Positions 23,465-34,658 of a DNA stretch of 64,000 nucleotides are shown piece by piece (position 1 is the first letter of the stretch; each line of letters opens with the position of its first letter). The position numbers and the translations under genes are program-made. The stretch comes from Azolla caroliniana (Eukaryota; Plantae; Polypodiophyta). Under the pieces are notes generated by a model. The model saw only the letters and a program-made list of their open reading frames with translations. It made no database searches and was not told the DNA's origin. The DNA is taken from NCBI GenBank assembly GCA_043228905.1, contig JBHGNT010000005.1, positions 2,914,001 through 2,978,000 on the forward strand, written 5' to 3'.

Positions 23465-25638
23465 ATGGCTTCTCCCTACCCCCTCACACTTACACTATGC
23501 TCATTATTAGTCTCCCTTCTCCTCCTCTCCTCATACCCGGGCCCCGCTTCGGCGGCCCTCCGGAACAACTACTACGCCGTGAGCTGCCCCAATGCGGAAG
23601 CCATTGTGAGGAGCACGCTCCAAGGCCTCCTCCTTCGAGACTCGACCGCGCGCTCCGCGCTACTTCGCCTCGTGTTCCACGATTGCCAAGTCTTTGTAAG
23701 CCCCCCCAACCCAACCCCTCCCAAATCCATTTTGAGCTTAAAAAGAGGAGTGTTCAAATGTGAGATATTAAAAAAAGAAAAAAAGAAAAAAAAAGTGAGC
23801 TCAATGTTGTTGGTTGCTGCTGTGTAGGGAGCGGTTGCTTACATTCATTCTGTGGGTTGGTTTGATGTGTTGATCTTATGTATGTATGTATGTATGTATG
23901 TGTATAGGGGTGTGATGCGTCCATAATGCTAGACCAAGGGTCGGATGGGACGAGCGAGCTCCAAGCCCCTGCAAACCTGGGCGTGCGAAGGCTGGACTTC
24001 ATAGACACCATAAAGGCGCGGTTGGAGGCGGCGTGCCCTGCCACTGTGTCGTGCGCAGATGTGATTGCCATGGCAGGGCGTGATGCCGTCGCCCTCAGCG
24101 GCGGCCCCGACATCGGCATCCCCCTCGGCCGCTTGGATGGCTTCCAGGGCTCTGCAGCTGTCGCCCAATCTTCCCTGCCCCCTGCCACCATTACCGTCTC
24201 AGCCATGCTCGCCCTCTTTGGACGAATGGGCATGAACTTGCCAGAGAGCGTGGCCATCCTAGGTCTGCTTCTTCTACCTGCTTTCACTCTTCTCTCTTCA
24301 TCCATCCATCCCCATGTATGTATGCATGTCTGTATGTCTATATGTATGTATTTAGGTTTACATATATGTATGTATGTATGTATGCATGTATGTATGTGTG
24401 TGTATGTGTATGTTTGTTTGTCTGTGTTTTTAGAAATGTGTGAATGTCTGTATATATGTATGTATATATGTATGTATGTGTGTGTGTGTATGTTTGTTTG
24501 TGTTCGTAGAAATGTGTGAATGTATGTATGTTTGTTTAGAACCCCAGCATCTGCAAGTGTTTTTAGATCGTTTTGGGCAAAGCATTTAACTACTGTAGTA
24601 GTGTCCATTAGGTTTTAACTAAAGCGCCGAATATGGCGACAATGCTTACACATTGTGTGAAGGTAAAGTAGGTTATATGGTATGTTCTGCAGAAGATAAA
24701 GGCAGAGACAGCTTGATCCTAGGCAACATTTTTTTTGCTTTTACCCACTTTCTGTAGATATGAGAGGTCACGGGGAAATGATATGGTTCTGTGAATCAGG
24801 ACGGTGCATTGATGGTAATAGACATAACTGAAGGTACCGCATGTGTTTGAGAGTTGGGGGTGGGGGGTTGCCTTTAATTCCTGAGATAAATAAAGGACTG
24901 CTTTCAAGTGTTGGAAAGTTTAAAAAAGTCGTGGGCGATAGATTTCAATCAAATTGTCATTCCAATGTGAAAACTTTTGTTGAGCCTTTTACGGTGCACG
25001 TTGCGTAGTAAAGTGTCATAGTTCTCGACACTTTCACACATAAAAAAATTCCCCTGCATTTCCAACTGAATCCAGGGTCCTGTTGCTGCATATTTTTCGA
25101 ATTCCAATAGTCAGTTGTAAACCGCATTGCAGAGGCAACTTTGGGTCATTATGCCCGAACCTGCCTACCGAAATCTATATGATGGTGATGACGTACTAAC
25201 CAACATCCACAATGTGAATGTAGCCAATAATGTGAGTTGTGTATGTTTGCAGGTGCTCATACAATGGGAGTTGCCCATTGCACAAACTTTGTGAACAGGC
25301 TCTATCCAGTCCGGGATCCAAACCTCAGGCTCCTGTTTGCTAACACACTGAGAGCTAGGTGCCCGAGGTTCTTCCCTGCCAACGCGTTTGCAGCCCTCGA
25401 CACCACCAACTTCCGGTTCGACTCGGCCTACTTCCGGAACATTCTCAATAGAAGGGGCCTTCTCACTATCGATTCCGAGATGGGCCTCGACCCACGCACG
25501 GGACCCGTGGTTGAGAACTTTGCTGGGAACCCAGGTGCATTCTTTAGTGCCTTTGCCTCAGCATATGTAAAGCTCTCCTCTTTCAATGTGGCCAACCAAG
25601 GCGAGGTTCGCCAGAATTGCCATGTCCGCAATGGTTGA
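23465..25638 (+). CDS. Class III secretory peroxidase (PER29-like), 323 aa
   Basis: Exons 23465-23695, 23908-24262, 25253-25638 (972 nt). Hydrophobic signal peptide, YYAVSCPNAE, distal His LRLVFHDCQVFGCDASI, VSCADVI, GRLDG, proximal His ESVAILGAHTMGVAHC, FDSAYF and GEVRQNC. Confidence 0.95.
24312..24535. repeat. Degenerate (TATG/TGTG)n microsatellite in peroxidase intron 2
   Basis: Read directly. A shorter (TATG)n tract lies at 23877-23903 in intron 1. Confidence 0.9.
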
Positions 25639-28600
25639 GTTAGTGTGTCCAGTCAAGGATCCCTTTATTTCGCCGAATCCTGCTGTGTCTCTTTCACAGG
25701 ACCCCGTATCGGTACCTTAACCCCCATGTCTTCTTATTCTTTTGTAATTTTCTATCCCAGCATTGGGAACACTCTTGGGAAGTGATGGGACACTTTGATT
25801 TTCCATGAATTTTGCTACATCTTGTGAATGCTTTTTATATTATTATCCTGTCACCAATATTTTAAAGTTGCTATACAACTATCTTATCTGTCCGTGAACT
25901 ACTTCAATGTATAAACCTAGCAGGTAAGAGGAAACACTTGGCCACCACTCTTCTTGTTCGGATATTAACATTGGCCTTTGGTTGGTGGGCTCTCGGTGAG
26001 CACCATGTACTGGGGAGTAAATGTAGGTGGCGAAACTTAGGTGGGAATTTCATAATCGATGTGTAATGATTGGGTGGTAATTTTGGTGTCAATGAATGAG
26101 CATGTATTGTCCTAGGAAGCACGGTTGTCTTGTCCAATCATGGCTACTTGCATGTGGGGTGCTCTATGGGGATTTTTTGCGCATAGATATGAATGCTAGT
26201 TATTCTTATCCCATTGAAACAAACTATTGATCTGTGCATTATCTTCATCCTTTTACTTATTTATTCACTGATTAATTATGGGATCGATTGGTAAATGGAA
26301 TGATGAACATTTTTATTCCCAAAACCCAACGTACATAGATGCACATTATATATGGTGAGATGGTCAATACGTATGTTCAATCCAAATTTATGCCTCTTCT
26401 CGTAAATGATTCCCTACTAAGTGTACGTGAAATAAAATTACTGGGAGCTAATTGTGCAACTGTTGAATGTAATCTAGAATTTTACTCTTTGTCTGGATTC
26501 TTTTAAGTTGAGCAATGAAAACTAGTGGTACCCTTTCAGCTCACCCATAGACAGTGGACACCATACTTCCTACCTCATGAAACACATCAATGTCACTCCC
26601 TACTTTTTTAATATTTACTACTGAATTCTTTGGATTCGTATGAGCAATCACAACTGGTTGTTCCCCTTTATCTCTACCAAAAAGAGACCCAATCTCTTCT
26701 CTCTTTCAAAACATGTTGCTGTCACTCACTTTGTGTACCCTTGTAAACTGTTTACTTCTTAAAACATTTGGATTCATTTGATGAATTAAATGCTAGTTGT
26801 TGCGCATTACAATATCTCTTATCTCAATTGAAGCAGTATCTTGTCATTCCATCTATGTATAGTTATAGAATATTCTTTTCTACTTACAGTCAACGATGAA
26901 TCCAAGACTTTTTAGCACTGGATCGAAGTCACTTATAATTATGATTAGGAGATAGACATTAATAACCTTTGCTCTTTAAAGAGTGTTTACTAGCAATAAT
27001 TCCGTTTAACTGTAAATAAGTGCTTGTTTCAAATTTTAGACGATAACATCGACCAATCACATTTAGGTAAGTTTGGGAAAAACTCAAACGTACTTTTGTA
27101 TTTTGTCATACATGTAAGTAAGTTTAATTGAGAAAAATGATATATGGCTCTATATTTTTGTTCTTGAAAATTTGTGACTTTCAAAGATAAATAATGGTGT
27201 TTAGGAAAGACTTGCTATTAATTGATTCAGTTATGTTTCACATGTTTCGAGCACACTTTGTGTACCTTTTGGGGAGAAAATAAAGTGGAGATATGTTTCA
27301 CCAAGATGGTTTTTTCCGTCCCCTTTCCATGAGGGCTTTTGTTACTCGACATGTTGGTTGATGTGGGTACGAGGGTTGTATTTTATTGTGTGAGTTCTTT
27401 GTAGCCTTTGGGCATCTTTCCATTCATAGTATGAACCATAGGTACCATACGTGCATTCACATTCGCGAATGGTTAAATCATTCGTGTAAGAAAAACACCC
27501 TCAAAGAATGATAAATACCATACTTTTGGTTTTACTATTTATTATGAGATAAATAAGCCTAAAAAATGGGAAAAATGGGAAAAAAACACAAGAATGTTTG
27601 AATAACATTCGCGTTCGTTTTCCAACGTAAGAAAACGAATGTTATGCTAGACGAACACGAATTTTATGTACCATTAATACCAAGTTGAAACTTAAAATAA
27701 AAAAAGATTAACAAACCTTAGAGAGCATTGAAAGTTAGTCCTTCTCTTAATCCGTTGAGCATATGTAGATGTTTCCTTAGGAGCACATGAGTTAGAGCTT
27801 CATTTGTATTGAACCCTCGATTGTAATTGAGTTTCAAGACTTTGGTAATGACATTGTAACTCTTTCTCTTCTCAACTTTGTACTTATTGTCAAATACCTG
27901 TTGTGCATCGTAATCTTTATACGCAATATTCGACATGCTTTTGGAGGTTCTACACTTGTTATTTGACAAGAGTTGAAGCGGAGAAGTTTTGAGCAAAGGT
28001 GACAACAAATGTTGGCGACGAGGTGGTCGTTTTGCAAGTCCAAAACAATGTCAAACAATTAATTGGGCACAAGGAGTGTTGGTGTGAAAAGTAATGACCT
28101 CCCTCTTGCGTGTGATCAATAGAACGAGTGTGCATTGAATATGGTAGATATGTTCATCCTTGGAAGTACAAACCTAATGATAAAATCGAGCCTTAGAAAG
28201 TATTCTAGTACTTCATAAATATGTATTTGTTCGAGTAGAAGCACTTAATCTAGGGCTCCCATTGTATCAAACCCTTTGTCATCATACCGCTTTGGTGCTT
28301 TAGTAATGATAAGATAAATATGTCTTCTCCATTGTGCACTATAAATCTATCTCCCATTCCTCTACAGTTGTATGATGTAAATCTTTAACATTTGCTTTAG
28401 CACACACTGTCTTGTCTGTATTTTTTTGTGAATGGTATGTTTCTTGTTTATTCTTGCATTTTCTTTGTCCTCTTTCTCCGGCAATATCTCAAAAACTCTT
28501 GTTTTCTCTCTACGCAAACTTTGACATACATAAGTATAATGCGCTTACCACAACATGTGGGGAGCTCTAGCTATTAAATGGCTTAACATGTGGTTGCTCT

Positions 28601-30089
28601 ATAATCAAGCTACCACATAAATGCATCATTACTCTATTTACCTTTAACTAAAAACTTTTTTAAAAACAAACAAGATGAACATTTAGAGAGAGAGAGAGAG
28701 AAATGTCCCAAGATGTCTATTTAACAAGAAAAATAAGAAAAACTCAAAACTACTCTAAGTAAAGAGCATTCTACGCCACAAGGATATTCGAACAAGAAAT
28801 AGTAGCGAAATACAAATTTCCTCTCTGTAAGAGTAGTAATTCAACAAAAAAGAGACTGCATGTATGAGAAATGTCACAACCCTATGCGTAGATCTAAATT
28901 GGGTAAGTGAAGATAATAACCACACCACCTAATGGATTGACGTGTGTCCAACCTAGAAATAACAAAGAAGTATGAGCTCCATTATGAGTTTTGAAGACAG
29001 CCCAGTATTGGACATTATTATTCATACACGGACATCAGTGACAAGTCTAGGACATAAATTTCATCATTATCTTTTAGATTTGAAGAAGTTTAAACTAGAG
29101 TCCCTTTTGATTGATGCATTTTTACTACTCATTAGTAAACAATTCATGACTGTGTATTGAAAACAAATGAGTAGCATCACATGCATGCACAACATCAATG
29201 CACACATATGCTTACAATGTTGATGTGGCTTGTTTTCTTAAAGGGTTTTCAATTGAGCTAAAGAAGCAAAGTTATAATGTCTTGAGGTAGGGGAATATAT
29301 GGTGAACAATATCGATTTAAATTTCATGAAATAAAACTTCTAGCCTAATTTAAATAACCACAAACATGGGATGAAGTGGAAAACCATCCCATATCTTGGA
29401 AACATGTATCTAACTAAAGAAGGGTCACCTTATGTTTGTTTCTCGTAAGTATTGTCATTAATGCAATCTCTCATTTGATTGTTACCTCGATGATTTCCAT
29501 CTTTGCACCAAAGTCATAAATTAAAGATATATTATAATTTGATGTATAACAAGCTCCTTCTTGTTGTTTTTGGTACATAAAGCTACAGCTCACAAGGACA
29601 ACCATTTTCATCATTGCTAAATGTGATGTAATTTGATTTGTAACAAGACATCTTCATAGTTTGAGTTGGGAATTGGGATGTTTTTATATATGTTTCTTCA
29701 TTGTTTTCATATATATCATTTATATTGTGAGACTTCTCATTAGTTTGCTCTAAGTTAGAGATCCCATGGTGAAGTAAAAAATTACATGAATGGTGACATT
29801 GAATAACTTGGGCCAAAATGTTTGAGAAATGCTTCATCAAAGATTGTAGAGCCTTCCCCATGATATGTGCTCACAATTTGTTCTCACATCCTCTATGCAA
29901 TTGGGAATTGCTAAATATGATTATATGCTCAAATGAGTAGCTAGGTTGCATGGTGAGCATATAGACAACCTAACCCCTTTGATTACCCTAGTTTAGGGCT
30001 TTTAACTAATCAAATGTTGTGATACCAAAGGGACATGTGTAAGACTCTCCAAATCTTGAAGGGACAAGAATGTCACATTACATGCTTAC

Positions 30090-31640
30090 ATTTACAACTC
30101 TCCTATTGATTTCACATTTCCACTCAATTATGGCCAAGTTATATAGTGATATCATGGAACAAAAGATTGGCTCATAGACTCATCACAAAGGAGCACTTGG
30201 TCAAGAAGGCTTTAGACCAAAACATCCAACTATCGATCATATTGTTACAATAAGGGTTACCATTGAAAAAGTCGATATTGTTGTTTTCTGAACTTCAAGA
30301 AAGCATTTGACATTATATCGAGTGCAATTTAGAAAAAAATAAATTAGAGATCATAATTTCATTAGAGTATAGAACAGTTGTAGCATGAGTGTATGAAGAA
30401 CTTAGGTGTCAACTAAAAATGGATTATGGTTTCTTGAAGTACTTTTTGAGCAATATGGGGGTCAAGCAAAGGTGCCCATTCTCTCCCACACTCTTTGGTC
30501 TATGCATCGATAAACATGAAGAAATAATAAACAAGGTTGCAAAAGAAGAAGGATTGGATTGCCCAAAACTCACTCATGAGTTTATTTTATACTCTTATAT
30601 GTCGATGATAATGTTTCATTCTCATATAATTTGGATGATATGCAACACTTACTTGATGCATTGGACTCATCTTGTCATATCCATGGGTTAATTGTTAAGG
30701 TGCAGAAAACAAAAATGATGGCAATAAATGCATTACAACCAAGGCACCACCCCACTTTTATAGACAAGGGAGAACCAATACAAGTGGTGAAAAGCTTCAA
30801 ATATCTTTGTATTAATGTCCCATCAACAAATAGGTGGAATGTATATTACGAGTCTAGATTTCAAGCAAGTTGGAATAGTTATTATGTGTTTGAGAATCAA
30901 TGCAACCAAAGTGATACTCGAGGATGGAAAGTGAGATCGTTGACACGTTATTCAATACGATGGTGGTCCAAGAATTGCTTAATAAAGTGGAAATGTGGGT
31001 GGCACTATTTCTCTTAGTGCACAAAATAAAATAGAGAAAATCCAAAAAATGCTCTTAAATAGACAATTGGAGGTAAAATCCTCAACATCCTACCTTAGCA
31101 TGCTATTAGAAACAAGTGATCGGCCCATAGATGTACTAGCTATGCAAAGAGTATAGAAGTATATCACAATTAGTCAAGAATATGGTTGATCATAGATTGC
31201 CAAAACAAACTTGGAAAATATGATGCAAGGTACAAAATCCTCACATATGATTGGGTGCTTGACATTATGAAATGGTTTAAGAGATAGGCAATAAAAGATC
31301 TATTGGAGCTCTCTTGTGATGCTATGATGTATGTGATTATTTAGAATCAATTAATAGAGGCAGTAAGGATAAAGTTGCAAGATGTTGAAATGTCAAAATT
31401 GAAATATTGCATTGCAAATATTAATCCCCATACGGTAAAAATGTAAGAATGTATCCAATCACATCTCACTACACCCATGAGCCTTGACTCCATGAGAGCT
31501 TAACACTTCTTCAAACTCACTAACACAAGGTGGTAATGCAACATCATCAAATCATCTTCCACATATGAAGATATGCAATGAAGGCTTATTGGAGGATAAA
31601 TATCATTTACTTATTGCATGCTATATCTTTATTGTGAGAT
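30090..31640 (+). mobile_element. Decayed LINE (RTE/RTEX-like family B), RT region
   Basis: GQEGFRPKHPTIDH, NFKKAFD, GVKQRCPFSPTLFGLCID, LLYVDD and GEPIQVVKSFKYL motifs, with many frameshifts. Confidence 0.8.
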
Positions 31641-32211
31641 TTACCTCATTTGGAGCTCATGTCAAGCATGAGCTAAATTATTTTGTGTGAATGTGTTTGT
31701 GGCCTCATTTGATCTCCTTACCTCTCTTTCATGAATTCTCATTTGTGATCTTGTTTCGTTCATGTGATTATACTCATGGCCTCGTTTGAGCTCATTGGTT
31801 AGTTCCTTTCATGAGCTATTGTCAGTCATGATCTTGGCTCATTCATATGCTTATGCTAGTGGACTTGTTCAAGAATTCCATCCATGTGCTCTAGTCAATC
31901 ATAAGCTCAATTCTTTCACGAGATCTCACGCGAGAGTTCTTTTAGTTCCTGATGTCCTTTCGTGAATATTGTTCATTCATGAGATTGTGTTCATGGCCTC
32001 TTTTGAGCTCTTTTGTGAGTACCTTTCATGAACTCCAATTAATTGAGAACTCAATTCGTTGTTTGGGTCCTTTTGTTCATCTAATTGTGTTTGTGGGCTC
32101 CTTTGAGCTAGTTCATGAGTTCTTATCTCGTACTCTTTCTCATTAATGAGCTCGTTTCACAAGTTAGGTTAATTGGTGGGGAGGAATCTTTAATATGAAG
32201 GGTGGTGGGAC

Positions 32212-32625
32212 TATCAGTCGACAACGATTCAATGAACGGTTTAAACGGTTCAGTTTGGTTTCAACAGTTAAAAACTGCAGTTTAAACGGTTTACCTATTT
32301 TATTTTATTTTTAATTTTTTCAAAATTTTTATTTAAAAAATCTTTCATCTTCAAACCTTATTCTCGCATTTTAGGAAAAGCTTTAGAATTTTGAAATTTT
32401 AAATTTTAAAATAATGAAATATTTTAAAATATTAAATTAAAATTTTGACCTAAGTTGAAAACCGAAACCGAACCACGAAATTGCGGTTTTAACTGTTTAA
32501 TGGTTTTAACTGTTTGCATTTTTTAAATGGTTTCGTGGTTCGATTAAGTTTAGTTAAAGTTTCAAAAAAATTCAACAGTTCAGTTTTGACACTCTCAAAC
32601 GGAACCGAACCGTTGCCGATTGTTA
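32212..32625. mobile_element. Non-autonomous hAT-type MITE (414 bp)
   Basis: 8-bp TSD GGTGGGAC at 32204-32211 and 32626-32633. Imperfect TIRs TATCAGTCGACAACG / TAACAATCGGCAACG (12/15). Many AAACGG/AACCG subterminal motifs and an AT-rich core. Confidence 0.8.
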
Positions 32626-34658
32626 GGTGGGACTTTAACTATTGTGCTTTTGCCTATACTAAAGTTGTGATTTTAAGGAATATTGCACATTCCTCAAATT
32701 CTTGACAAGTTCTTAATGTCTTGAGTTTGGGTAGGTTGTTCTCATGATTAGCACTTAATCATGGTGTGCCATCAATACCAAAAGAAAAAGAAAACAAAGA
32801 GGGAAATAAGAAACTTTAGAAAGCTAAAAAAATTAAAGAAAACTCTTGTACAACTAATTAGCAACTAACCTGATTTTGAGAGGTCCAAAATCTTTCAACT
32901 TAGCCTCTTGTTTCTCCCATTGAGACCAAAATCCAAAGGGGAAGTTATTGTCTTTGGTGACGAATGCCCGTACAAGTTATGAGTTTTATGACCGCAAGGT
33001 CGTAACAAGGAGTGCGGACAGTAATCACACGATGGCTACGAGTATGTTGATGAGACAAAGAGAGAGATAGATGTACAAAGATGATGATGAGAGAGAGAGA
33101 GAGAGAGAGGATATACAAATGTATAGCCACTCTTCTAGCGATGAAAAATATATGAACCCATTTGAGAAGTTACTTGTACAAATGTGCAAGCGTACCAAAT
33201 TGCTTATTGCAAATGGTGTCCCCTTATGGCCTAACACTAATGGTTTTACATGTAGAAAACACAATAGAAGTAGTTTAATTGACTATGTGCTACTTTTTGA
33301 AGGTATTTTAGATCGTATACATAAGTTCTCACTTGGTGAACAGACATCGGAATCCAATCATAGGGCTTTATGTATTGACCTGAAATGTTTGCATAGTTTT
33401 GATTGTGAAAACTTAGGTCATTGAAGATAATAAACAACCCCACTTGAGGATGAACCTTATGCGAGCACCCATGTATTCCAAGATGGTTGAATATATATTA
33501 CAAATGACAAAGATGCAACATGGTGCCACACTAGAATGCAAATGAGAAGCTTTTAAGAAAGTCATTCTCTCATGCGCAAACAAATGTTTTTTGACCAAGC
33601 ACACATCTTGGAAATGAATCAAGAAATGTAGTTCAAAGAAAAAATGGTTTGCTAAAGAATATCATGAAGCTCGAAAGCGCCTTATGATTTTGGATGTAAT
33701 TAAGAAAAAGGAAAATTACCAAAAGCATTTGCATGAGTACAAAAGGCTTATTCAAAGAATGAGAAGAATATAGGAAGTTACAATCTTGACAATTTCTCCA
33801 AATGCAAGAGAACGTGTATGCATGTGCTAAATTTTGGGGAAATCTAAAAGGGGAATGTGTTCAAAGTTATAGTGACTTAACTCTTCTTGACTTGTCTATG
33901 CATTGTAAGAACCTATATGAGAGTTATCTCTTGCTAGAAAGATGATGTGTTATGGTTCTCTTTCACATATGACAGTCCCTTCTTTACAATCGAAGATATA
34001 TGCATAGGACTTAAAATTGGCCTCTCGAAAGTTAAGCGATCTTGAATGTATGAAGGCTCAAATGCTCAAATGGACGAGAAAGGAAGCACATGTATGGATA
34101 AGCAATATGTTTAATCATGCTCAACATGATATGTCATACAATTAGACTACAAATTGGATCAAACCTTAACATAACGTAAAGAACTTCCGAACCATCATGG
34201 TTTGCTCACTAATGGCAAAACTATTTGGATATATAATGGAATCAAAGATATGTGCATGGGTTGAAAAAAAATGGTAAGAGAGCTTATGGACAAGCTAGAT
34301 TTCAAAAACACCATAGCACCATTGATCACCTTGACATCACCCTTCGATTATTAATGTAGGAAAGTCGCCTTGGAGGGAAAAGTTTATATTGTTGCTTCGT
34401 AGACTTTAAGAAAGCTTTTGATATGGCACCTCATGAGAATCTTTGGAGGCGAATGGAAGAACTGAAGGTGCCAAGTGAATATATGCTTGCAATCTCCCAA
34501 ATATATGAGAAGGTTATATGTTATGTGTGTATGAGCGATAAACTTTCAGATTTTTTAATAGCACTATTGGTGTTAAGCAAGGATGTCCACTCTCACCAAC
34601 TCTATTTGGTTTATGCATTGATGAATTGGGAGAAATGGTTGTCAAGTTCGTAAAGGAA

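Noticed and set aside
23754-24608. 284-aa minus-strand ORF
   Set aside because: It is the antisense shadow of a GC-rich peroxidase exon plus microsatellite-derived HTYI repeats.
27435-27680. Possible MITE with ATTCG/CGAAT motifs and a small hairpin near 27603-27643
   Set aside because: The terminal inverted repeats are too weak and I found no TSD.
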